A stretch of DNA of 54,605 nucleotides from Callorhinchus milii (lineage: Eukaryota). Below the pieces are notes generated by a model. It was not told the origin of the DNA, did not search any database, and saw only the letters and a program-made list of their open reading frames with translations. The position numbers were made by a program, and so were the translations under genes. The stretch lies in the NCBI RefSeq assembly GCF_018977255.1, contig NW_024705317.1, positions 1-54,605 of the forward strand, in the 5' to 3' direction. This document shows, in pieces, positions 36,893 to 49,302 of this stretch (positions are counted from its first letter, which is position 1; the number at the start of each line of letters is the position of its first letter).

Positions 36893-38419
36893 CCTCGTTT
36901 TGTATCGGCGTTAGCGTCACACTCCACCGGAGGCAAGTTACTTGGTTCACTGATGAAAGTGATTTATTCCCGATGCAGTATTTGTAAAGCAATGCACAAC
37001 TTTAGGTTCAAAATCTGTATTTAGTCTGGAGGAATCCGATGAGCTATGAAGCTCTTTTTCACAGATGTAAAGCCTGACCCTTCCCTATGAGTCTCTGCAG
37101 GACTGTAATTATTTTTGGCCGCCCAAATTACATAATTTTTTATGTAAGTTTCATGATTGTCGTAGTTATACAGGAGCATAATAAATCTCGATTAATATAA
37201 TCGTGATCACTCCACTGCTGGATGAACGACCTCCCCTAACCCTTTGCCCATCTCTGGAATATAAATCCACACGTGCTGATCACATCAGCCCATCCATCTC
37301 TCTTGGCTGTCACTCAGGCGTAAGTCTCAACCACTGGTTACCATCCCTTCAACGAATATTCTGCCTAAGGCCATTTTTTTTTAATGAACAGCCAATGTCT
37401 AACTGCACACGGATGTTAGATCCTCCCCCGCTGAAGCCTGTTGTTTCAATTCACACTACGGTACATTATTTCAACATCATCATCATCACGATATGTCAAA
37501 GATGGTCCGTAGGTTTCCATTTGTTTCCAATTTCCTCTGTCTGGTGTCAATATGCTCAAGTAGTGCACAACCTACTGGCACCAATCTCTTATGTCGTCGT
37601 CGTCAAGCAATGCTCAGTATGTAATCGAAGGTAAAGGTGCATCCCTTGCAATTGCCTGCTCATGCCTCTGCTGGTAGAAACGCCTCGACAAAAGGGAGCC
37701 GAGAGGTGAGCTAAACCAAGCCTCCAATGCTGCCTCCCTCGAGACTCAGAGAGCTCACTCCTGAGGGTATTTGGCCAACTCTTCAACGCTGACCAAAAGC
37801 GTCTTGGAAGAAGTGGGACTCCTTACGTTTTACCCCACCACGCCGCGTAACCTGCGAATCTAGTAATGTGCTGCTGCGTGAACTGAGTGTGTGTGTGTGT
37901 GGTCAGGGAGGTTTTAAGAAACGTGCTCACTGTATGTTTTAACTGCCGCGCCGGGAGGTCTGGATTTAAAGCCCAGTCCGCCGCTCCTTCGCTATGCACA
38001 GTGGCAGTTGTGGTAGTGCTTGAGGGTTTGCAAGTCACAGGACACACGGGGAGGGTGCGCTGATGGGAGGGAATCCCACCGCCGTGGTGCCGGTCACACC
38101 CAACTCCGTGAAGGGATAACGCGGTTACAAAAATGCCTCCTCCACCACCACCACCACCCCACCCCGACTGCTGCTGCTGCTACTACCCTCACGGGGTTTG
38201 TGTGTACACACAGTGGGGCACACCCCTCCCCACCTTCCCTTCCATCACAAGGATCAACCCAGCACAGAGCCAAAGCAAGCCTCCCCACCAAACGCTTGCC
38301 CCGACCCCACAACTTTTTTTTTTTAAGGCGCCCCAAACCTAAAAAAAAGCCACCCGTGGTGGCAGAGCGGGGTACCCGGATCTGCGGGCGTCTTCAGAAC
38401 CGGTTTTCATGGTTTTTGT

Positions 38420-38734
38420 CTATATATGTGTGTGGCTTTCCACCCACCCCCCACTATCTCCAACTCTCTCCTCCCCTCTCTGCTCCCTTCTCTCTCACTC
38501 CAACGCCGGCTTTCACGGTAGGGCTGGTCTCACTCACTGTATACGGACAGAGAGAGAGAGAGAGCGAGAGCGAGCCCAGAGGATCCGCTTGCTGAGATCC
38601 TATTAGGACATCACGAATTGCTCTCGGCTGGAGCCACATTTTCAAGAGCTGTGCGTGTGCAAAAGGTGCGCGCGAGAGAGAGGGAGGCGCCACTGGACCG
38701 GAATCCGTTTTTGGCTCGCATCAACAAGGTGAGC
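38420..38734 (+). other. Candidate promoter and non-coding first exon of a host gene
   Basis: GC-rich, TE-free context, TATA-like CTATATAT at about 38420, CT/GA tracts and a strong donor AAG|GTGAGC at 38728/38729. Confidence 0.45.
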
Positions 38735-40172
38735 TTTGCGCTTTAGTTTAAAGGGAGGTTGGTATGGTGGTGGCTGGGATGCGTTTGGGCTGAGTTTTAA
38801 GGTGAGGAAGTTGATGTGATTATTTTTAGTTCTAGATGTAACAGTGTTTTGCTAGCCGGCCAAACAGAGGTAATGTGTGTGCATGTGTGGAGCATTTGTA
38901 ACAATTGCATTTCTAGTGAAGTAATGTTGTATTTTTGCAACTAATTGTAACTTTTGCCCGCTGCTTTCATCTATGTGCGTTTTTGGGTTAATTGTCGCTT
39001 TGTTTCTGGGGAATTAGGGTAACGTTTTAAACAGAAAAGTGAATTGTTGAAAGAGGCCAACTGCAAACTCCCTATTTTAGTTGTGATTACGGTTATTGTA
39101 TTGGATCTGTTTGAATGAGTCGAGGTTTACAATGTAGTACCCTCTAAATGCATTGTAACTGCGAAGCACGTTTGAACTTAAGTGCCGATGCGTTACCTGT
39201 GCATGGCATTCTTTGTTTAGTGTCTCATAGAATCATTACCTACGTTCTACAACGTGATAGTGAATTCATAGCTTACATGCAAATGATCCGTAGGTTTAAT
39301 TGAATGGAAAACTTTACGGCTTATGTAATGCAGTACCTGTATATATCAGTATACTATCTACTGCAGGGTATACCGTACATTTTCTCTTCAGATACACAAC
39401 CGTACTTTACATAATATATGGTGCAGTATTTCCGTGTGTTTATTATATCTCGGTATCGCATTGCAATGTATACATTCTGCATTCGTACGCACTACATTCC
39501 ACTTGCATTACATTCCATTGCATTGTCATGTTCAGGACGGCGTTGTATGTTGTGTGGCTATGGCGCTTTTTGAGGAATAATTTACAGTCCTGAAATATAA
39601 TTTACAATTGCAGCGTGAGGCAGTATGCATAGTTTGGTCATGGACAATATTCATCAAGACATGTTTACATTACATGATTAATGTAACACATTTATCCATG
39701 TTTAACGGTGGCTTGGATTTGAATACCTTTGCAATGTGTATAGCCTTCTTTTTTTAATATACAAAAGTGAATGCGTGCAGCTGATGGTAATTTTGTGTAA
39801 TGCAAACAGATGAACTTTACTCAAGCGAAAGTCTATACTGATACAACTTCAGCACACGATATGTGTGCTTTGAGGTAGGGCCATTTTCCAAAATGTCCCC
39901 GATTATACATATTTTATTGTAAGGTCACAGTGTTGTGAGTTGTTGTTGATTGTCCTTGTGCACCACTGCCAACGCAGCTGCATAACCAAAACACGACGCG
40001 ACAAGATGTACTCTCGAAAGACGCATACACGCAGAGACGAGTCAACAATAGACAACGCTAGGGCATTTGTTTCAAAGCTAAGCTACCATTATTAAACAAC
40101 GGAAGAAACGTGCAAACATTAGAGTCGTGAGCGAAACATTTGTGGCGATGTATCGATTGAGTTTGTAAGTCA

Positions 40173-40415
40173 ATTCTAGATTTGAAGCTTTCGTGACTGC
40201 AAGGATTCACACTCTGTGGTTTTTTCGGTAAAGTCACGTAGGTAAAAAATGTAATAAAATAAATGAAAACAACTAAATGAAATCACGACGTTTCGGGCGC
40301 AAAACAAGCGTCCTTCTTGCAGGTGGGGACAAGGTAGCGAAAGCACACCCGCTTAAGTGTGTCACTTATTTATTTTATTTGTTACCTACGTGACTTTACC
40401 GAAAAAAACAGAGTA
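40173..40415 (-). mobile_element. PLE-terminus fold-back insertion (family B) with degenerate hammerhead
   Basis: Perfect 15-bp TSD TGAGTTTGTAAGTCA (40158-40172, 40416-40430), inverted arms, and minus-strand CTG(C)AAGA-A-GGACGC...GCGCCC-GAAACGTC at 40287-40322. Confidence 0.88.
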
Positions 40416-42466
40416 TGAGTTTGTAAGTCACCTTTTGATTGGCATGCGTTTGAACAGATTCTACTCTCAAAGTGTTTATTTGAGCCTGGCCAGACAAAGG
40501 AGCCCAGGTTTCAGTTAACATGTAATTACCGTGGGGTGCCCTGGTATACAATACATTACATATTCATTTCGCATCTTAATCCCTTGATGTAACTGAACAG
40601 GGGATCTGGAATCTTTGAAATGAAAATGTCATGGAACATTACTTTTCAAAACTTTATTTTAAATGTTTTTTAAATAAAAAGTGTATATGTAAGTATTGTA
40701 TATATTTTGACTATTAAACTTCCATTCAAGAAAATGCAGGCAGCTTCAATAATAACAAGTCCAGTTCATTTTAAACTGCATCAAACTCGCGTGGAGAAAT
40801 TTAAATATTTGCCTAACTATGTTGCGTCAGAATAGTTCCATGCACAGTGGTAATGTCTGGCTTGTACCCAGCTGTAATATACGTACAGGTTAAAGCATTG
40901 GGTCACACTCCGCGCAATGATTAATCCAGCTACCTTCTTTCAATTCCCAGCCACAGCTAACAACAGTGCCAAATGATACTGTATTGCGCCACTCGTGTCG
41001 TCTGCCTCCACCCTCAAATCTGTACTGAGCAGCATTGAGAATTTCTCAATATGGCCAAAACGGTCTCCGTGGCCAGCATAGCCTTACGAAGACCATCAAT
41101 TTTTAAGGGGAATATTTTTTTAAACCGATTATAAATCCAACATGCACTGTTTCAACATCACATTTTTGTACAGCACTATTGCAAACAACATTGAAAATAT
41201 AGTACACAGTGCGTGCTTGTTTGCAAAGGAGTTACAAAATGTCTTGTTATATATTACAGTGTGAGCATTGTCTCCACATTCGACATGCCTGTGTAGATTT
41301 TTCAGTCTGGGAAATGTTAAAATGTCACTTTCCATTTATAATTTAAAATCTTTTTCACTTCTTAACTTTGCACGGTAACATCCAGCGGACTTGAACGCAA
41401 CTGTTTGGGTGGTCCAAGTGCATGTGCGTTTATTGAAGCTATTGTGCGCAATTCGGGGCCTGAGGTTTTAAAAAAAGAACAAAAACCCCCCTTCAGTAAA
41501 TGGTTCCTCGTCCGTGCTTGACTTGGTGTTTGCACTCTGTCGTATCGTGTTCTGTTTGAACAAATCCCTTGGGATTGACCTCGAGAAGGAATTTTCAGGC
41601 GTCTGATTCCTGTTGAACTGGGAGCACACTGATTTGACGATACCAATGAAAACAAACCTCACGTTTCCCAGAAAAAGTGCCGCTCTTTCACCTCGAATGA
41701 AGAGCGTAAAACCTTTTCTGGTGAAGATAAATCTAACCGCCTTTAATTTTTTTGGCTAACGGTATTTATTAACACAAGGTTAAGATTAATCCTACTTTCC
41801 CACATTCTTGGTTTGTACATCTTACATTCCTTTACTAAAGCAGTGCAATGCCTTGCCTCTTCAGTTGCCATAAATAGAAACAACATGACCATTGCCAGCA
41901 GTAGAATACACATTGTTGATTAACCTTTTCAAAGAGGATTAAAACAACCTTATGAAATAATTAATCGTACATTAGGCTGCGCTTCAAATAACTGACAATG
42001 AAGTCCATTAAAAGATTGCATATGCCGTAAAGATTGCATAAGCGCGATTGCAGTTGTGTCTGTTTACCCAGGCAAGCTTGACGGAGTCTCCGAGACTTTA
42101 TTAGGGAGTGCTGAAAGAAATGTTAGATCATCACTTCCCTTTTTGAGTAACAAAATGCTATTTCATGATGAGACGCGTACAGCAAACAGCCACTGCATTG
42201 AAACACACCGGAGGTCACGTGGGCAGAAGCCCTCTCTCTGCGCATTGACGCATTTACTTGCCTCCGATCAAGGGGTAGGTCCACGAAGCTTTTGGGGAAA
42301 GAGGTGGCACTGTAATGGCCATAACAGGAGCGAGAAAGTGGTGGGACGACTTGAGAGGAGTGGAGTGACAGGCGGGTCTGTGAGTTCGTGGCTTGGCTTG
42401 CCACAGCAGGACGAGACGAATGGAACGCACATCGGCTTTGTCCTGGCCGCCACTTAACAAGAGCTG

Positions 42467-42798
42467 TGTCGTAACCCTCCACCACCCGACACGGCCAATC
42501 AGTAAAAAAGTGTCACGTTGACAAAAGACAAATGGTTCACTGCTTTAGCCCCACACCGGTGTGTTGAAGCGTGAAACCACAACATTTACAATTTGAGTAA
42601 TTTGTAAATGTTGTGGTTTCACGCTTCAACACATCAGTGGGCTAAAGCAGTGAACTATTTGTCTTTTGTCAAGGTGACACTTTTTTACTGATTGGCCGTG
42701 TCGGGTGGTGGAGGGTTACGACACATTTATAAATAACGCGATCTAAACCCAAAAACGTTGATTATGAATAATATTGGTCGCGAAAGCCTACGTGTTAA
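42467..42798 (+). mobile_element. PLE-terminus fold-back insertion (family C)
   Basis: Inverted arms of about 130 bp (42465-42594, 42599-42726). Tail ...ACGCGATC...ATGAATAATATTGGTCGCGAAAGCC. TSD ACTTAA(C/T)AAGAGCTG (42452-42466, 42799-42813). Confidence 0.85.
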
Positions 42799-43852
42799 AC
42801 TTAATAAGAGCTGCCACCCTTTTTTAAAAGGCATTGGGGCAATCATAGGTGAGAGTTTGGACTTAATTTACTGAGGGCTCAGCAGTTGCTGTCAGATAGT
42901 GATTCCATATAGGAAATACCTTGGTTTTATAACGTACTGTACCATATATGTTTGTGTGTATGTTGAACTTATTTTGCACCGTACGTAACCAACCGTGCTA
43001 ATCGGAGGTGCTAATGCAATTCCCATTAGCACTCATTAGCAGTCGGATAAGAAATCTCTTTTTAATTGTATTTGACTCGCATTGATGATCTGGAACAGAA
43101 ATGAGTACAAGTAAAGGAAATCGCAGACGCTGGTGCAAAGCAGAGAGAAGTGTAAATATCTAATTTGTTCCCAACGTCTCAAACTGAACACAGAAGGGAA
43201 CGAGAGAAGACTTGTATTGATGATTATATTGAGCCTCGTTATCTGCTTAAACTTCTCGTCATGAAATACATTGACCAAGTGTTTATTGGTTGCACGTTAT
43301 TTAGGTGAGGTTTTTTCTTATGAGAATGCTGAAATCACGAATTTCATCCGTCTCTGCAACTCCCGACTGCCTCTTCCTCTGCCACAAGTGGGATTATTAA
43401 TATAGGTTTTTTCCTTAACCAGTAACTGTATGGATAGAACTGCAAAACAACAGGTTACCGCTTTGCTCACATATAGAAATGTCAGGCAATAAAATACTAT
43501 TTTGCCTTTTGACCGATCGATCGGCAAGTTTCGTGTGGCACTTTAAACTAATGGATATGCCCACCTCTTAAAAAAAAAGTCTGGTCCGCGTAGAAGAGTA
43601 GACAAAATACCCTCGAGAGCTCGCTCCAATGCTGGCCCATCTGCCAGTAGTGCTAGCAGTCAAGCAATTGCAGGGTGCACCTTGAACTGAGAAACGAGGG
43701 CCAATGTGCCACATGGTGACTTAGAACCACCATGCGGTTTGTCCGTTTGCGCATGTCAACCGGTGTGTTCGTTCCTAAAAGTTCCACTGAAAAGAGTTAC
43801 CGGCCTTTGACTCTTGTTAGCAGTTATCAATTTTGCAAACGGTTACATGTGT

Positions 43853-43923
43853 CCATAATAGAGTTTTTTTTTGGGTTAGATCACGATCTAAAAAACCTAT
43901 TATGGATGATATTGGTCGTGAAA
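43853..43923 (+). mobile_element. Miniature PLE-terminus fold-back (family C)
   Basis: CCATAATAGAGTTTTT..TTAGATC / GATCTAAAAAACCTATTATGG hairpin, tail ATGATATTGGTCGTGAAA and perfect 12-bp TSD GGTTACATGTGT (43841-43852, 43924-43935). Confidence 0.8.
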
Positions 43924-44463
43924 GGTTACATGTGTACTGGGTATCATTAAGTAAGCTTAGCCACAAGTCACTAAATCCACAGGAAGCACTTGCATCTTCT
44001 GTTGGACAATAATCACATGAAGCTCTTAAGCGTATAAAAATATATATTTGTTTTTTTCCTCCAAAGTCACAACATCATATTTTGTTGTATTTAGACTCGC
44101 ATTTGAGTTAATTACACTGATTTTACGCATGCAGGAAGATGTAATTTCATGTAAGTTTAAACACTGCATTGATTGTTACACCAGTAAGTTACTTCCACTG
44201 ATTTCTAGGCATGCAGGAGATCTGACATATCCCGGCATTCCCAGCCACACCTGTAATGTATACAGGGATAAGGCCTTTTTGTAAGGGACACAAATGATAT
44301 GTACTGTAATAATGAAATAAATATGTTCTTATTTTCATACATTTGGGTGTGATTAGCAAAAGCTCAGGGCACGAGTCTGTTAGATATGTCATGTGTAAAA
44401 GCCACTCCTTTTCACGAAGGAATACAAAAAATAATTATATAAACTGCCAGAGTATTATAATGC

Positions 44464-44706
44464 GGGGAAGTGGTACAGTGGCTCACACAACACTGCAATG
44501 TGAAGTTGGCGACCCGAATTCCATTCCAGTTCGTGACCACCACCAGTGGCGAAGCGACATCTGAAATGGTCCTAGGGGGGGGGTCCCTCTTTTGCCAACC
44601 TGTGCTGACCAGTGTGGTGAAGTGTGGTCAAACGGCATGACCAACACAGCACAGGAGGGCATTCATACAGTAGTGGATTGACAAAGGGCTGATCATATAA
44701 TTATTA
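44464..44706 (+). mobile_element. tRNA-derived SINE with RTE-like tail
   Basis: GGCGACCCGAATTCCATTCC head, GCTGACCAGTGTGGTGAAGT core and AGTGGATTGACAAAGGGCTGA tail. Confidence 0.6.
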
Positions 44707-45009
44707 CAATAAGAAATAACATTTTTTCGACAGTATCATAGTGATATTAAAATTTTACGATATATGCATCACCGAGTCACGATATCCTTTTTTCAACAAC
44801 GCCTTGCTCGGACGCTTGGCCATTTTTGTGGGCATTCAGCCTTGCACCGACGCAGTTCATTTGCATGCAAATATACCACAACTGGTATGATTGCTCACTA
44901 GGTGACTCATTACTGCGTGTTCCATATTTCTGCACTATTTGTCCTGCTCCTGCGTGCTGTATAGTTAACAAGCCCATCATCCTTCTTTGGTTAACTGCTG
45001 GTGAATGAG

Positions 45010-45314
45010 CAGGGGCTGCTAAGAATCTCACTGGGTGTGAATAGGATGTCTTTTTGATTTTACCATCACTTGCGTATGAAACGCAGACTCTGTCTTGTAA
45101 ATCAAACGTGCCGGATTGGAGACAAAATTGGAATAATAAGGTAGTGTCAGCCAAGATATGAAATGCATTCAAGAAAATGTCCAACGATGAACTGGAGCAA
45201 TGAAATGAGTTCACGTGCCAGTAAGATTAGAACACATTGCAGGATCGTGACGTGTGGGTGGCAGCTTGGGAAGACCTTCATGCAGCAACGTATTGACCAT
45301 GACCGATGATGATG
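45010..45314 (+). mobile_element. Decayed RTE LINE 3' end
   Basis: GCAGGATCGTGACGTGTGG...GGAAGACCTTCATGCAGCA...GATGATGATG tail. Confidence 0.55.
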
Positions 45315-45708
45315 CGTGCATGTACATCCCTACATAACGCACGAGGGGTTAATCAAAGCAGAGATGAACCAAGGAGTAGTCTGTTGAATGTCCAAAAAAA
45401 TCACGTAATTTTATGTGTCCGTCCACGTGGGCGTTGGAGTGAACGTTCAAGTGGGTGAGTTTATGCAGGACGTGTCGTAATAACCCGGCCCTGAACCCAG
45501 TGTGGGAGTGGGCAGGTATTTGGATGTGGTTAAAAGGGAGGGCCGCTAACTGGACTGTGGTTCACAACACAGATGGGCAGTTTCATCTCCATGCTGATTG
45601 TGGCGTTCTCTTGGCTTGTGGTAATCCCGTCGTGTGTACTTCACCCCGTTTTATGGACATTATCTTATTTCACATCAATTATTTTAAAACCTCGGTATGT
45701 AAAGTGTA

Positions 45709-45804
45709 GCCTGTGATCAAATCACCCAGAATACGCCTGATCTTATCAGTTCTCTGAAGCTAAGCAGAATTGAGACTGGTTCGTGCTTGGATGGTTGACC
45801 ACTG
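45709..45804 (+). pseudogene. Diverged 5S rRNA-derived sequence
   Basis: ATCACCCAGAATACGCCTGATCTTATCAGTTCTCTGAAGCTAAGCAG...CTGGTTCGTGCTTGGATGGTTGACC is colinear with about the first 95 nt of 5S rRNA. Confidence 0.7.
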
Positions 45805-46381
45805 TGCAAAACAAACCTGTGTACAATAGTCGGTTTTGTGGGCAGTGTAGATCAGTGCAGCAAAATCCATTTTTGTTCTCCACTCTCTCCCACCCTCACC
45901 AATCCGCATTAAACAGAATGGTGAAGTATGGTCAAATATCCCTCATGGCCCGAAAAGCATGAGACCTGCATACAGAGGATTATTGACAAGACGGGTTCTA
46001 AAAGAAGTGTGTAAAGCTGAACAAACGTCTTCATTTGGTCATCAATCCAACATAAATACACTGCTTGATATAGGTACACTCGTGCTGACATATCTGTTGG
46101 CAGTATTATGCTGTTGCAGATTCATCCTCAATTCAAATGTGCATCACGCGCTTTCAGATTAACTTCTGTGGCCGTCTGGAACGCTTTTCCTTCCAACATT
46201 GGGAAGTGACTGGAGCTATGCACTTTTAAACCTCGATTGAAAACCCATTTCTTTATAACAGCTTTTTGCGTGTTAATTTAGTGTCCTTACCCTCGTACAC
46301 TTCCGATTAGCACGGTTGGCTACGTGTGGTGCGAAATAAGTTCAACATACAGTACATACAAGGAACATTAGCATGACTACT

Positions 46382-46612
46382 CTTTGGTTATTTCGGTAAA
46401 GTCACGTATAAAGATAAAATAATAAATTAAATAATAACATACGACGTTTCGATTGCAACACAAGCAATCATCATCAGGTATAAATCAGGATTGCTTGTGT
46501 TGCAATCGAAACGTCGTATGTTATTATTTAATTTATTATTTTATCTTTATACGTGACTTTACCGAAAGAACCAAAGAGTAATTCCTGCAGTCACGAAAGC
46601 TCCAAATTAAAA
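46382..46612 (+). mobile_element. PLE-terminus fold-back insertion (family A/B variant)
   Basis: Near-perfect inverted arms of about 90 bp and a 15-bp TSD ATTAGCATGACTACT (46367-46381, 46613-46627). Confidence 0.9.
46441..46480 (-). ncRNA. Minimal hammerhead ribozyme motif
   Basis: Minus strand TAC-CTGATGA-T-GATTGC-TTGTGTT-GCAATC-GAAACGTC-GTA. Perfect 6-bp stem II and a TAC/GTA stem I. Confidence 0.75.
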
Positions 46613-47274
46613 ATTAGCATGACTACTTACGTCAACTTACATACATACAGCTGTCTTCCCTTTGGTGGTCCCCCTTCTCCACGTGGTTATGGACTACATG
46701 TGTCTATTTGTCTTCTCCGATTAGTGGCAGTAGCCACTTGTTTTTATTATTGCTCCAGCCTTGTTGATGTCTGGGATATTTTGTTTGTCTTAGAGCTAAC
46801 GCGGTTTCGTTCTATTGTTTCCACTTTTAGGCGAAGCAAACATCAGGGGCCATAAACTCAGTCTGGAAATGGCATCCGGCTTGCTTGACATTTCCTTCAA
46901 TCCATTGCTAACTTACAATGGTGAGACGTATGGTCATTTAAAACATTGTATGTGACCAACAATGCTGCGTGAGGGTTAGTTGTTACCTCCGTTTTACGAA
47001 TGTATTTGAGTTGTTACTGATTGTTGTTCGTCACAGAGACCGGTGTGTTAAATGTCAAAGCTCCATACTGAATGTGTCCATTGCAGATTTTGGCCACCCA
47101 GTATTCTGTAGCTTGACGAGTCGTAAACTGAATTTTAATAATGATAAAAAAAACTACTTAAACATGTGTGCTTAACTGAGTGAGGCATTGCTCATTGTGA
47201 AGTAAGTAAATGGGGCATGCAAATTGGAAGCAAGTTCAAAGTGATGAATAATGAGCATCTTATTAGGGGAATGG

Positions 47275-47495
47275 GGGTGGTGTGGTGTGGTGGTGATGCA
47301 GTGGGTTCGCACACACTGCCAGGGTTGAGGTCAGTGGTGTGTTATTGATATTTGCACCAGTCCTGGACCACTTCACCAATCTGCACTGACCAATATGGTG
47401 AAGTATGCCCAAATAATTCCCCAATGACCAACACGGTGCGGGGAGACTTTCATCTGGAAGTGGATTGACAAAAAGGGCCGTTTAAATTATTATTT
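47275..47495 (+). mobile_element. Degenerate tRNA-derived SINE with RTE-like tail
   Basis: GCACTGACCAATATGGTGAAGTATG core and AGTGGATTGACAAAAAGGGC tail. Confidence 0.55.
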
Positions 47496-48439
47496 TAATT
47501 GCGGCTTCTCTAAAAGAAAATTGACAATATACTTTTTCTTCTTAAGAAAAAATGAAATTGAGAACTTGTGATAATTTCTGTTAGGACTTATTCGCGTGAG
47601 GACTTATTCGAAGTGAGTTTAATTCAGGAGTTACGGACAGGAGTTTGGCTATGGTCCAGGAATAAAAATTAAAATGAATTTTACCTTCCGGTTGTTCACA
47701 ATGGTCGGCTTCGATATGAGCTGGGGTGAAGGGGGGGGGTTGCAGAGCACGTGATTCCACCGTGCAAAAGAATGTTAAGGCAAAAAAAAAATATGTACAG
47801 TATATAAAAAAAAAATGTACTTACACAAGTATCGGCTGTGCCAATGCTATTGTCCTGTTCTAACTACCACACCACTGTCTTAACGCATTTGCATTTTGAA
47901 GCCAATATCCTTGTCATTATAGTATTCGCATGTACTTTATTATTTGATTAATGTAATCAACTCGTAATATATATATTTTTAATTCTAAAAAGCAAATACG
48001 GTAGTTGTCAAATTAAATTAATGGTTTGTTACTGTTGTAGTGATTATTGACAATGTATACAACAACATTTAATTGATGCATCTATTCTGCCTTGATGCAT
48101 CCCTGCACTCACAAAAAAACACATTCCGTTTTGTGCACATTTGATGTAAACAAACAAAATTGGTTATTTAACTCGCAATACAAGAGTCAATTTAAGCGAG
48201 TGAGAACCAATTATTTACAATTCATGCAAATTATACTTCAATGTTACAATTTAGACGACTGGAGTGAACAAAACTGTACAAACGAGATACAACTAACAAC
48301 AAATTATACAAATAGAATAGTAAAAAGGAGACAAATTCATCGCTTGATTCTTAAATTCACTGGCTGCAGGGCTTCCCAAACCCCGCGCCCACGCAATTCA
48401 CAAAGCACCCCACTGCCCACTGTGACGGCCGCACATAAT

Positions 48440-49302
48440 TTCCTTACAGGCAGTGTCATCTCTCCTTATGACCACATACCTGGGGCGCCTCAGCTGATGT
48501 GCAGTGAATTTGCCGCCTGATCGCCGATCTACTCATTGGCAGTGGACTGCGCTCCAGCTTGGTCCCGTAATCTCGAACGCGAAAGTTCCAAATGCACAAT
48601 TAAATAACGCAATGCTCATTATAACCTGAACATTGAAACCGACACCAATCCCATTGGCTTCATCCTCTGAAATACATTATGCCACCAAATATCCGCAGCC
48701 ATGCAAACCGCAAGTGAGTTTAGATGTTTTTTTCACAAATTACAACCGAACCATCAACCGCAAGACCTCAACAACGTACCTCGCCACCAACGTAAGTCCC
48801 GATCTCCCTTCTGGGGTCACTCTTGTCACCATCCTAGAATCTTTATCCAGATCTGGAAGAACGCTGGCGAACAAAAATTGGAACAACACAGACGTACAGA
48901 ATAATAAATGCCTCATTTTAGACCCAAACATCGCACCACCTGGCTTCGGCATTTCTCTAAGCCACTGCTGTACCACCAACCACATCAGAACATCAACCTC
49001 CAATAAGGACGGTTGGATACATAGGGTGTGGAAAAAGTTCAATATACAAACAACATACATCAACAAGGCATTTGACGCATTTCATTCATGAATGGAACAT
49101 CAAAGACAAGGCTCGGTGCGAATATGGCAATGCAGCTCAAACTATAAACTATGGGCCATATAAGACGCCACGAGTCTACGCTCCTTCAAGGGAGGAGAGG
49201 AATACTAAAACTGCGCAAATACTCTCCTGAAGCCCTCTCGTGACGAGCAGACCTCGACATTGGCATTTAGCTCCTGAATATATTGCCATGCACAGAATAA
49301 AA
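48440..49302 (+). mobile_element. Decayed Ingi/Vingi-clade LINE 3' fragment
   Basis: Broken translation YSLAVDCAPAWSR...AQLNNAMLIIT*TLKPTPIP...DPNIAPPGF...TNHIRT, ending GCCATGCACAGAATAAAA. Confidence 0.7.

Noticed and set aside
38020..38595. 191-aa ORF with His/Ala/Pro runs
   Set aside because: Non-ATG start, crosses homopolymer and microsatellite tracts, and has no recognisable domain.
45709..45804. Functional 5S rRNA gene
   Set aside because: Too diverged, 3'-truncated, not in a tandem array and lacking a proper terminator.
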